UHGV virus genome: UHGV-1987395
Reading direction: 5' to 3' (one strand)
Source: a virus
Length of the DNA: 13,355 bases
A model generated the notes under the pieces. It was not told where the DNA came from. It was given only the letters and a program-made list of their open reading frames with translations, and made no database searches. Made by a program: the position numbers and the translations under genes. Position 1 is the stretch's first letter, and each line of letters starts with the position of its first letter. Positions 1 through 8,077 of the stretch are shown in pieces.

Positions 1-1
1 A

Positions 2-346
2 GATGAGCACGGTTATCCGATTCTGACAAGTGATGAGATGAACGCCAAATACAAAGGGATTCAGGCAACATTTAAGGATCGGAAGAGCATTAAACTCTCT
101 GAATTGCGAGATGCATTTTACGGGCCGGAGGTGATGGATAAAATTAAAGGCACCGTTGAGGGTAGAATCTGGAAAGAAGATGATTATTGGCATTTAACAG
201 AACAGGCCCTTAAGGTGGCTCAACATGTAGCTAAAAGAGGTAAAACAATTATCATCGATTATATTAGTCATGGCTATGATGCCCCGAAAGAAAGATTGTG
301 GAACAACTGCAAGCTTGTAAAAGGCGAATTAACCATTACAAAATAA
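2..346 (+). CDS. hypothetical protein, 5'-truncated at window edge
   Basis: Frame is open from position 2 to the TAA at 344-346; the first in-window ATG is at 38. No family recognised. Confidence 0.4.
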   Translation, partial: DEHGYPILTSDEMNAKYKGIQATFKDRKSIKLSELRDAFYGPEVMDKIKGTVEGRIWKEDDYWHLTEQALKVAQHVAKRGKTIIIDYISHGYDAPKERLWNNCKLVKGELTITK

Positions 347-386
347 ACATTCTTATTTTTTTACAGTATTCTAAAGGAAATTTAAA

Positions 387-533
387 ATGTATGGCGATTT
401 TGATTATTACCTGGAAAAGGAAAAATATTTTGAAGATGAACTATCACAACATTTTTCATATTGGGAAGAATATTGTGGTTGGTTAGCTGAAGATCCAGCA
501 GATGAAGAAAATGATTCTGACATCCCTTATTAA
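387..533 (+). CDS. small acidic hypothetical protein (48 aa)
   Basis: ATG at 387 preceded by AGGAAA 6 nt upstream; translation MYGDFDYYLEKEKYFEDELSQHFSYWEEYCGWLAEDPADEENDSDIPY is very D/E-rich. Below the 60-aa cut-off of the ORF track; preferred over the overlapping 298..486 ORF, which has no RBS. Confidence 0.35.
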   Translation: MYGDFDYYLEKEKYFEDELSQHFSYWEEYCGWLAEDPADEENDSDIPY

Positions 534-631
534 TTAATATCCCCTGTTATCCCCAAACAAACTAAATAAATAAACTAAGCACTAGAACTAGATTGATTGC
601 CCTGATCTTTTAAACGTTCGGAGAATTAATC

Positions 632-1117
632 ATGTTCAAATCTGATCTTTCTGATTCCCAATTTGAAAAACTGGTAGCACTGCAGAAATATCTCCCCAGT
701 GATGATCAACCAACACGACAGGCTAAACACTTATTAGTCGAGGGCTTTACCCCTGAATTCGTGGCGGAATATACAGGCGTTAAACTTGAGAAAGTCCAAA
801 AACTATATAATGAGTCCTGGAATCCACGGTGTCGAGTTCCCCTCAGTGTCTACAACGAAATAGATAGAGATAGAAATGTCTTCGAAGATCGCCGCCGCAA
901 ATCTCTTTTAATGTGGAATTGTGGGATGAATATTGAAGAGATAGCAAAAGAATTAAAAGTAACCTGCTTTCATGTCTGGGGCTTGTTGAGTGAAATCCTG
1001 CCACGTAAGGAGCTTAATCAACGTTTGCCTAAGCCCGGTAGTCGTGCTTATCGCGAATTTATATTCATCTACCGCCGCCATAGCAATAAAGTCCGGAAAG
1101 CAATGCAGCGCAAATAG
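632..1117 (+). CDS. putative HTH transcriptional activator (Mor/C-like or sigma region-4-like)
   Basis: GGAG 8 nt upstream of ATG; segment RRKSLLMWNCGMNIEEIAKELKVTCFHVWGLLSEI resembles, from memory, the C-terminal HTH of Mu Mor/C-family activators; basic C-terminus. Confidence 0.4.
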   Translation: MFKSDLSDSQFEKLVALQKYLPSDDQPTRQAKHLLVEGFTPEFVAEYTGVKLEKVQKLYNESWNPRCRVPLSVYNEIDRDRNVFEDRRRKSLLMWNCGMNIEEIAKELKVTCFHVWGLLSEILPRKELNQRLPKPGSRAYREFIFIYRRHSNKVRKAMQRK

Positions 1118-1205
1118 CTTATAGCCTTCACATATGCCGCAAGTTATTGATTCTGCCGTCCGGTAAATATGCCGGATGGCTCATATAAATTTTAAGGAAT
1201 TCCAA

Positions 1206-1649
1206 ATGTCTCAAATCGCTAAATTATTATCCCAGGTTATCAAAGCTATCGACGCTGAAGATTCAAAAGTTCGCCAGGATCTTTTAGATGGCAAGTTTAC
1301 CAACACCCTGGCATTTACCCGTGACAAAGAGCACTTCTTAAAACACAGACACCACGCTTTTGCTGAATGCAAGTCCGCTAATGGTGATGTTTTCTATGTC
1401 GATTTGGTGGTTATGGCATGTAGGCTGTGGATGATTCAGGACCTTATGCGCCAACACGGTGATGATCCTCTTATCAGCATGTGGAACAGCGCCCAGGATG
1501 GCTTTGTGATTGCTGCCTTATCCAAATCAATGATTGAGGCAGAAGGGGCAAGCCTTCAGAACATGGCAGATCTCTTTGAAATAAGCGTAGGAATGATGCA
1601 GACCATGCTCCAAGCTGTCAAACCTCTCAAACTGGTTAATCTTGATTAA
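1206..1649 (+). CDS. hypothetical protein
   Basis: ORF 1176..1649 in the track; ATG at 1206 has AAGGA 8 nt upstream, whereas ATG at 1176 has no clear SD. No family recognised. Confidence 0.45.
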   Translation: MSQIAKLLSQVIKAIDAEDSKVRQDLLDGKFTNTLAFTRDKEHFLKHRHHAFAECKSANGDVFYVDLVVMACRLWMIQDLMRQHGDDPLISMWNSAQDGFVIAALSKSMIEAEGASLQNMADLFEISVGMMQTMLQAVKPLKLVNLD

Positions 1650-1703
1650 GATATTGATAAATAAGCACTCCCCATTTTTTTGGGGGTGCATCAATGAGAG
1701 GAT

Positions 1704-2093
1704 ATGCCTATGAATATTGAAGAAATGATAGTTGAATTCGAAGAGGGTGATTTCCTGGAAGAAGGGGAGTTTAAATACTCCCGTTTTAAACAGGCGTTAT
1801 TTAGCAGCGATGATAAACCCCACGTTAGTGATCTTAATGATGATGATTTATGTCGCCTGGTGTGCACCCGCTTATATGAAGATGGAAAGTATACAGGCCA
1901 AAACTTTCCAAATCTCTATTTCAAAGCACAAACATTTGAGGAAGGGCAAAGAGTGAAAAACCTGGTCGATCAAATGCTGTCAGCCGGATATTTGCATAAA
2001 GAATTATTAAATCCTAAAGCTGAAAGCAAGCGCCATTATATTTTTGTGTGGTCTGTGGGGGATAAGTGCCCACTGAAGCGTAAAGGTAAATGA
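1704..2093 (+). CDS. hypothetical acidic protein; possible tail assembly chaperone
   Basis: GAGAGGA SD upstream of ATG; acidic N-terminus; lies two genes upstream of the tape measure gene, the usual position of chaperones. Call is positional only. Confidence 0.4.
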   Translation: MPMNIEEMIVEFEEGDFLEEGEFKYSRFKQALFSSDDKPHVSDLNDDDLCRLVCTRLYEDGKYTGQNFPNLYFKAQTFEEGQRVKNLVDQMLSAGYLHKELLNPKAESKRHYIFVWSVGDKCPLKRKGK

Positions 2094-2094
2094 T

Positions 2095-2280
2095 ATGAAT
2101 ACCTACGAAAAGATTTATCAAAAATTAAAAAGTGATAACAATGCTCCCGTCATCAAGGGCGGGGCTTCTTCCTCTGGTGACCTCTCAATCGAAGAGCTTG
2201 CGGAGAAATATAATATTGATAAAGAGGCCCTGAAAAGGGCTATTTCATTATCAAAATCTTTAAGACAGGGCGAGGTGTAA
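2095..2280 (+). CDS. hypothetical small protein (61 aa)
   Basis: ATG 1 nt after the stop of the upstream ORF (TGAtATG), suggesting translational coupling; ends 3 nt before the tape measure start. Confidence 0.35.
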   Translation: MNTYEKIYQKLKSDNNAPVIKGGASSSGDLSIEELAEKYNIDKEALKRAISLSKSLRQGEV

Positions 2281-2283
2281 GAG

Positions 2284-4404
2284 ATGGCAATGAAGGAAGT
2301 AGCCAAGCTAACAAACGTTATTTACTGGGATTCTGATAAATCCTCCTGGCGAAAAGAAGTTAAACGGCTTGAGGATTATAAAAAATCCTGGAAGAAAGCT
2401 ACCGACGATATAGCTAAAGCGGATTTTAAATCGAATCAGGCTGTGCTCAGAACACAAAGAACACGCGCTAAGGTGGAAGAGCAGATTGCCAGAGCTCAGA
2501 GGAAACAACAGGAAGCACAGAAGAAACAACGTGCTCAGGCTGTCAGCCGTCTGACCGGGGGCAATAATCCGGAGCTCTCCTCTATGCGCAAGTTCTATCA
2601 GCAGCAAGCCAGAGAGGCCGCCAGACAACAAAAACTGTTAGATCGTAGTGTTGGAGATGTTCAGCACAGAAAAGCACGTGTAGGGGCCAACAGTGCACGA
2701 ATCAGCAGTATGTTTGATGGCTCCCTGGTTGCTCAGTTCCAAAGCAGAATCCAGAGAGTTAATGCTGATTATGCTAAAGGGGCTATCAACCTGCAGACCT
2801 ATAATCAGAGGATGGCCCGACTCAGATCTGAAATGAAGATGGCAACAGCTGAAGCCGGAAAATTCCAGAGCAGACTAGATAAACTGGCATCAGGTGCCAG
2901 CAAGGTGCATGACAACCTGGGCAAAATCAACTCCACGCTGGGCAAGATAGCCATTGGCCTTACTGCCGCTGGCTGGGGTGTTCAGCGTGCTGTTAGTGGT
3001 GCTATGGGTAGCCTTGCAGATCGCAACAGTGCCTACTTCGGTTTGATGGCACAGAACAAGGATGATAAAGCCAAGACTGATCAGCAGATGGCTTTTATCA
3101 AGAACACAGCCTACACCTATGGGATGGATGAGCGGGAGATGCAAGGGGGCTACATGCGCTTTGCTGCAGCTACCCCCACCATGAAGGAATCTGATAAGCA
3201 GGCTCTCTTTGAGGCTATGGCTATTAAAGGCCGCTCAGTGGGTGCTACTGGCGAGCAACAGAACAGGGCGCTTGTTGCGGTCCAACAAATGGCTTCAAAG
3301 GGAAAAGTTATGGCGGAAGAGCTGCGGGGCCAACTGTCAGAAGCCTTTGCAGGCTCACAACAGGACTTCCAACAGGCCGCTATTGATGCCGGAATCATCA
3401 AAAATACCCAGGAATTCGATAAAGCCCTTAAAGATGGCAAAATCACCCTGGACAAACTTCTTCCCTCTCTGGTGAAAATCTGGGGTGCAGCAAAAGAAAC
3501 TAAAGCTTTTGCTGAATCCATGAAACAGCCAGAAGTAGCAATGCAGCGCATGAAAAACAGCTTTAACGAGCTGGCGATTCAGTTTATGGGTGTTGTGGAT
3601 CCTGCAGATGGCGTTATTAGCTTATCTGAATCTCTAATCTCCATCTTCGAAGACCTCACCACTGATATGGACGGCAGCGGGAGCGCGGCAAAACAGTTTG
3701 GTGAGGCAGTCGGTGCTGCCATGCGGGAGATCATGTATTGGGTAGGCTTCGCTAAGGGATATATTGAGGTCAAGGCTAAAGAGTTCGGCATGACCGGATC
3801 AGAGGTTGGCGAGCTTATCGGGAAACTGGTAGTCGGCTTAGCTGGTCTGAAAGTTATTACCACACTGCTTTCCCCTCTGACCGGATTTGTTTCACTTGTC
3901 ACTCAGCTGATAGCCTTGTTAGGTAAAATCCCTGGTATGAGCAAGCTTCTGGCTTCTGCCTCAGGTGGAACGGCAACAGGAGCAGCGGTCATCAGTGCAG
4001 GATCTAACGCTGAAAGAAGCTTCATTGATGGCAAGACGCAGGAAATGAGTAAGGAGAACTCAAAACAGGGTGCTTTGTTTGAGCTGGGAAGATTTGTCAG
4101 CAATGCTGGCGCACTGTTCACACCTGGCGGCGATACTGGTCCTTTGTTCGATCAGGTCAGAGGCTGGTTTAATAAAGGGCCAACATTGACAGTAGACACT
4201 GGCATCAGACCAACACCGACGGGTGGCATGGCTATCCAGAATGGTGGATATCAACCAGTCCAAGTAAATGTAGCCCCACAAGGTGAGATTTCCGGCAAAT
4301 GGGAGATAACCATCGATGAGGGGGGAATTGCCAGGGTAATTCAGAAGGAAGTCAGCGATCAGTTGGATTGGAAAGCCACACAGGAATCTAACCAGCTTTT
4401 CTAA
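2284..4404 (+). CDS. phage tail tape measure protein
   Basis: 706 aa; N-terminal Q/R/K/A-rich predicted coiled coil; central region (NKDDKAKTDQQMAFIKNTAYTYGMDEREMQGGYMRFAAATPTMKESDKQALFEAMAIKGRSVGATGEQQNRALVAVQQMASKG...) resembles the conserved tape-measure core domain; Gly-rich hydrophobic segment near the C-terminus. Confidence 0.7.
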   Translation: MAMKEVAKLTNVIYWDSDKSSWRKEVKRLEDYKKSWKKATDDIAKADFKSNQAVLRTQRTRAKVEEQIARAQRKQQEAQKKQRAQAVSRLTGGNNPELSSMRKFYQQQAREAARQQKLLDRSVGDVQHRKARVGANSARISSMFDGSLVAQFQSRIQRVNADYAKGAINLQTYNQRMARLRSEMKMATAEAGKFQSRLDKLASGASKVHDNLGKINSTLGKIAIGLTAAGWGVQRAVSGAMGSLADRNSAYFGLMAQNKDDKAKTDQQMAFIKNTAYTYGMDEREMQGGYMRFAAATPTMKESDKQALFEAMAIKGRSVGATGEQQNRALVAVQQMASKGKVMAEELRGQLSEAFAGSQQDFQQAAIDAGIIKNTQEFDKALKDGKITLDKLLPSLVKIWGAAKETKAFAESMKQPEVAMQRMKNSFNELAIQFMGVVDPADGVISLSESLISIFEDLTTDMDGSGSAAKQFGEAVGAAMREIMYWVGFAKGYIEVKAKEFGMTGSEVGELIGKLVVGLAGLKVITTLLSPLTGFVSLVTQLIALLGKIPGMSKLLASASGGTATGAAVISAGSNAERSFIDGKTQEMSKENSKQGALFELGRFVSNAGALFTPGGDTGPLFDQVRGWFNKGPTLTVDTGIRPTPTGGMAIQNGGYQPVQVNVAPQGEISGKWEITIDEGGIARVIQKEVSDQLDWKATQESNQLF

Positions 4405-4504
4405 TGTCCACTCTGTGGATTTGAGTTCTACTCAAACCTGCATAGCAGGCACTGATATTGTGATCAAAATCAATAAGTTAGCCTGACCGGGTAAACTCCA
4501 GGCA

Positions 4505-4537
4505 AGAAAAAAGCCCCTAAGTGTTAACAAAGGGGCT
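4505..4537 (-). terminator. candidate intrinsic terminator, minus strand
   Basis: 7-bp stem AGCCCCT (4512-4518) / AGGGGCT (4531-4537) with a 12-nt loop, followed on the minus strand by TTTTTT (plus A-run 4505-4511). Confidence 0.45.
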
Positions 4538-4957
4538 CTTCTCCGGTATCCTTTTGATGCGGGGCGAACCTGCTAACAAAAATCAACCTCTCGCGAGACT
4601 AATGTTAGCAGGTTGCCGGAAGGTAAGTCAACTCCGGTCTATAAACCTTAAAGCGACTATAAAATCGCCCCGCCAATTGTGATGATCCGACCTTTGAGGC
4701 GGGTCCGGTGCCCAGGGGGGTGCAGTGATGCACAAACCAGGCAACGATAAACAGGCTAACAGTGATAGCGGCGCTCAATCAGCGCACTAAATCCTAACCA
4801 GTCCGGGAAAGAGGCTGGCTCTATCGACCGCTCATGCACGGGACAATGCATACCTGATAAAGGATTCTCACAAGGGACCAATCGCGAGAAAAGAAGAGGA
4901 AAGGGGCTGATTTGTGGTGTATCACTACGGCCTCAAAAGACCTTCTATTGTCTTTTT

Positions 4958-5416
4958 TCAACCTCTCCCCACATTTGACCAGTATTTGATTGCACCGATC
5001 AAATCATCATAGTGGCGCATTGCATCATTGAAGCCTTTATAGCTTGCCCATTGTGGGGAAACCTTGTTATTGCTGAATTGCCCACTAATCAGGATAGTCT
5101 CCAGAATGTCGGCGTATCGCTTGCCAATTCGCTTTCTGACGGCCTCAGAGCTTCCACCCTTTACGATTGCATTAATCAGGGCTTTTGTGTGTCTCAGGCT
5201 CTCATAGAGCATTGCAGCGTGGGCAGATTCCATAAAGGAGCGCTTAGGCAGATCACCCCACCCCTCAGAGTGGATAGCTGCCAGTGTGGCGTAATTCAGG
5301 CCGCTATAGTGCTTTCCGTCATCCCAGCCAACCGCTACACCTTCCATCTGTGAGAGCTCTTTATGCAGCTTATCCATCATGCGCTTGTCTATGGTGCAAC
5401 GGACTTTCGGACTCAT
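4958..5416 (-). CDS. putative virion morphogenesis / head-tail joining protein
   Basis: 152 aa; ATGA start-stop overlap with the upstream gene; segment LAAIHSEGWGDLPKRSFMESA resembles, from memory, the motif of HK97 gp10-like head-tail joining proteins. Weak. Confidence 0.35.
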   Translation of the reverse strand: MSPKVRCTIDKRMMDKLHKELSQMEGVAVGWDDGKHYSGLNYATLAAIHSEGWGDLPKRSFMESAHAAMLYESLRHTKALINAIVKGGSSEAVRKRIGKRYADILETILISGQFSNNKVSPQWASYKGFNDAMRHYDDLIGAIKYWSNVGRG

Positions 5417-6216
5417 TTGTTGATCTCCGTGATGTCATCGAGCAACATGTTGGCCTTATCAATCATCGTTTCGTGGAACTCATTCGACACAACAGACTTA
5501 TCACCTGCGGCAATCTTTCCCGCTGCCTCTCCCTGTGCATATTCCCCGCGATGCTTAGCCCTGGTAGATTTCGTAGCAGCGTTGCCAGCGTTGCTACCCT
5601 CTTTAGCACTGTTAACAGCACCCTTTTGCTGTGTTTTATTCACCTTCTTACTGTTAGTGAAAACTCCGGCATTTTCGACCATCTTCACCTTGAAGGTGCG
5701 GAATTCTTCAAAGGTGCAATCAATAGTGATGCAGTCACCAGAGGAAGAGCTACGCTTAACTTCACATTTCGTCATGATGAAGTTCTCAAGGAGTCCGGCA
5801 TCTTCACTCACCAGGCTGACCAGCTGGCGCTTGTCTCTCATTTCCATAAGTGCCTGAACAGCGGCAGCAGGGCGCATAGATTCACGGGGATTATCTGGAT
5901 CAGTGTTCCGGTCGATGTAGTTCTCTTTCCGGATGATATAAGGGGAAGAGGTAATAATACCCGTAAAGCTGACAGATTTATCTTTAATGACGGCATGGTC
6001 TGACATGGTGGTGCCATCCTCGACCGCATAGCTCGATTTCTCAACAGGGAACGAATAGCTGACATCAGAGATAGAGTCAAAGAAGATAGCCACATTATCG
6101 GTATAGTTGAAGCCATCCATTATATTTTTGTTTTGTGAATATCCCCCACACATAACAGTGAATGCAGGAGATCTCGACTCAGCTTGTTTTGCAGCTGTCA
6201 GAGCATCACTAGCCAT
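5413..6216 (-). CDS. hypothetical protein, probable virion protein by context
   Basis: ORF 5413..6225 in the track; ATG at 6216 has GGAGG 10 nt upstream, while the ATG at 6225 sits 1 nt from the SD. In the capsid operon; no family recognised. Confidence 0.45.
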   Translation of the reverse strand: MASDALTAAKQAESRSPAFTVMCGGYSQNKNIMDGFNYTDNVAIFFDSISDVSYSFPVEKSSYAVEDGTTMSDHAVIKDKSVSFTGIITSSPYIIRKENYIDRNTDPDNPRESMRPAAAVQALMEMRDKRQLVSLVSEDAGLLENFIMTKCEVKRSSSSGDCITIDCTFEEFRTFKVKMVENAGVFTNSKKVNKTQQKGAVNSAKEGSNAGNAATKSTRAKHRGEYAQGEAAGKIAAGDKSVVSNEFHETMIDKANMLLDDITEINK

Positions 6217-6321
6217 ATTAAACATGCCTCCAAAATGAATCTTTTCGTTGCCCTGCTTAAAATCTGCAGAAAATACAGGGCAGTTATTCGTTAGAATCGC
6301 TTATAGCTCTTCCCGAGAGCG

Positions 6322-6573
6322 TTATTTTGCAAAACGATTATGGGCATTCAGGGCTTTTTTGCGGTCCTGGGCTTGTTTGCGTGCAATAAAATGTTCGAAA
6401 GTCTCGGCCCAGGTGCATTTATTATATTCACGGTATTTATGCATAGCCTGGCGGCTAACGTCATAGCAGGCGGCAAATGTGGAGATACGCAGGAATTCCG
6501 GCAGATCCTCGTCATCGATATGGATAATATCAAAAGGCACGTCGTCACGGTCGCCGTATAAAACAATTTTCAT
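6322..6573 (-). CDS. hypothetical small protein (83 aa)
   Basis: ATG at 6573 with GAGGTG 6 nt upstream; the 6582 start in the track is GTG. Lies just downstream of the post-capsid terminator hairpin. Confidence 0.4.
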   Translation of the reverse strand: MKIVLYGDRDDVPFDIIHIDDEDLPEFLRISTFAACYDVSRQAMHKYREYNKCTWAETFEHFIARKQAQDRKKALNAHNRFAK

Positions 6574-6605
6574 AAAATACACCTCAAAAACTTAAGACGG
6601 GGATA

Positions 6606-6670
6606 ACAAAAAAGGGAAGAGGGAAAGACCTATCCCCGATCTCTCACCTCTTCCCTTTGCTTTTATTTGG
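6606..6670. terminator. bidirectional intrinsic terminator/attenuator between capsid gene and downstream gene
   Basis: 9-bp stem GGGAAGAGG (6614-6622) / CCTCTTCCC (6647-6655); flanked by an A-run 6608-6613 (a T-run on the minus strand) and a T-rich tract 6656-6668 on the plus strand. Confidence 0.55.
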
Positions 6671-6686
6671 CCTTCGAAGAAGGACC

Positions 6687-7730
6687 TTATTTAGCCTTGG
6701 CTTTTGCCAGAGCAGCGGCGGCGGAGTTTTTAACACTCACTTTAACCACAACTTCGGGCATCATGTTCATGAAAGCATAAGAGGATTCAACGAAGATTTC
6801 TCGTTTGCCTCTGGACTCTTCCATATACATGAAAGCTTCACGTGCAGCGCCGTTTGCAAGCTTCAGGTTGCGAGCGCAAGGGCCGAAAAATTGAGTATAA
6901 ACGCCCACCATATCGCCTAACGCATGCGGCTGGAACTGTGGGACCAGATAAGCAGTATTCTCTGGCAGACTATCCATTTGCACCACACGCAGAGCTAAGC
7001 CCGGAATGCGGAAGGTCGGGAAGCCCGGCAGAATATCCTCAGGGAACATCAGACCTTTGTCGGTAATATTCTGATTGCCGAACAACAGCACTTTACGGAG
7101 CAGTTCATCAGTCTGAATAGCGGCGAACACCTCAGCACGGCAGAACAGGGTGAAACCACGCAGAGCGCGAACGACACCACGCTGTTTAACCTTGCTCAGT
7201 GCAACCAGGTCCTGCAGTTGTTTGAGAATATCTTGAGCTAGATCCATTTCAGAGGTGGACTGTTCCACGCCCAGCAGTTCGCACACATTCAGCTCTTTAC
7301 CCTTGGTGAGGATAATTTTGTTCTCAAAGAGAGCAAGCTGGCGTGCTTCTTCGTGGGTCTGGCGTAAGCCTTCGCCCAGTTGAATAACACGACGAGCGGT
7401 TACAGACTCTAAATTCTCTTCGGAATCTTTGCCAGGAACACGAATACCCTGCCAGTCAGAAGGATAAATAGCACTTGATGCGGCAGTGAACGCCATATCA
7501 CCCGTGCCCGTTTCACGCTCATCTGCGGTAATGGTCGCCATCTGTTCACCGTAGCGCGGATACTGACCGAAAGCGGTTTGTTTCACCTGGCGAACTTTGT
7601 CATATTCAAATTTAAAGGTATTGCACAGAGCAGTAGTGTTGAAGATATCCATTGCTGAAATAATCTGGTTATCCAGCGGGATGTCTTTAATCAAGCCACA
7701 CAGATCGCGGACTTCGAATTCTTTTTTCAT
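6687..7730 (-). CDS. phage major capsid protein (E-family-like)
   Basis: 347 aa from ATG 7730 with AAGGAGG 6 nt upstream (the 7736 start in the track is TTG); size and position directly after a decoration-like gene match the usual decoration + E-family capsid pairing; Ala/Lys-rich C-terminal tail. Confidence 0.6.
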   Translation of the reverse strand: MKKEFEVRDLCGLIKDIPLDNQIISAMDIFNTTALCNTFKFEYDKVRQVKQTAFGQYPRYGEQMATITADERETGTGDMAFTAASSAIYPSDWQGIRVPGKDSEENLESVTARRVIQLGEGLRQTHEEARQLALFENKIILTKGKELNVCELLGVEQSTSEMDLAQDILKQLQDLVALSKVKQRGVVRALRGFTLFCRAEVFAAIQTDELLRKVLLFGNQNITDKGLMFPEDILPGFPTFRIPGLALRVVQMDSLPENTAYLVPQFQPHALGDMVGVYTQFFGPCARNLKLANGAAREAFMYMEESRGKREIFVESSYAFMNMMPEVVVKVSVKNSAAAALAKAKAK

Positions 7731-7741
7731 CTCCAACCTCC

Positions 7742-8077
7742 TTATTGTGCAATTCGCAAATCGCCATTGCTGGCAGCGATAACAGCGGCTAAGCCTTCTT
7801 TATCCACGTAGGCCGGATTGATGTAGCAACCTTTGTTGGCAACAACGATAAAAGCATCACCAACCTCAGCACGTTCTACAACCAGCAGCGGAGTTTTACC
7901 GGTGTGCGTTGCTTTAACGAAGGTCTCAACCTCGCCAGCCTCAGTCACCACAACAACAGTGCCAGCCGGAATCTCAGCCTTAACTTTGTTTTTAACTTCA
8001 ACGTCGCGAATACTAAATTGCTCATCTGCGGCGTATGAAATGATGTGTCCGCGTGTGCGGATAGTCATATCTCTCAT
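7742..8077 (-). CDS. putative head decoration protein (DUF2190-like)
   Basis: 111 aa; AGGTGA 4 nt upstream of ATG; Val/Gly/Ala-rich beta-type sequence; sits directly upstream of the capsid gene, with its stop overlapping the capsid SD. Confidence 0.5.
   Translation of the reverse strand: MRDMTIRTRGHIISYAADEQFSIRDVEVKNKVKAEIPAGTVVVVTEAGEVETFVKATHTGKTPLLVVERAEVGDAFIVVANKGCYINPAYVDKEGLAAVIAASNGDLRIAQ

Noticed and set aside
298-486. 62-aa ORF 298..486
   Set aside because: Overlaps the end of the first CDS and the RBS-supported 387..533 ORF in another frame; no SD of its own.
1732-1956. 74-aa ORF 1732..1956
   Set aside because: Alternate frame inside the SD-supported 1704..2093 ORF.
2077-2097. 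Programmed -1 ribosomal frameshift joining ORFs 1704..2093 and 2095..2280
   Set aside because: The downstream frame is +1 and open only from 2077, with no slippery heptamer; kept only as a low-interest finding, not annotated as a fusion.
2118-4281. Eight antisense or alternate-frame ORFs (2118..2306, 2308..2631, 2890..3144, 3150..3551, 3209..3475, 3579..3902, 3903..4121, 4060..4281) inside the tape measure gene
   Set aside because: They lie entirely within the long, well-supported 2284..4404 CDS, lack RBSs, and have low-complexity translations typical of shadow ORFs.
4903-4925. tmRNA-like 5' sequence GGGGCTGATT
   Set aside because: Similarity to the ssrA 5' end stops after about 10 nt, and no tRNA-like 3' end (T-loop/CCA) lies downstream; likely coincidence.
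5012-6116. ORFs 5012..5353(+), 5284..6003(+), 5363..5857(+) and 5838..6116(-)
   Set aside because: They overlap the translationally coupled minus-strand genes 4958..5416 and 5413..6216; Cys/Leu/Ser-rich shadow translations with no RBS.
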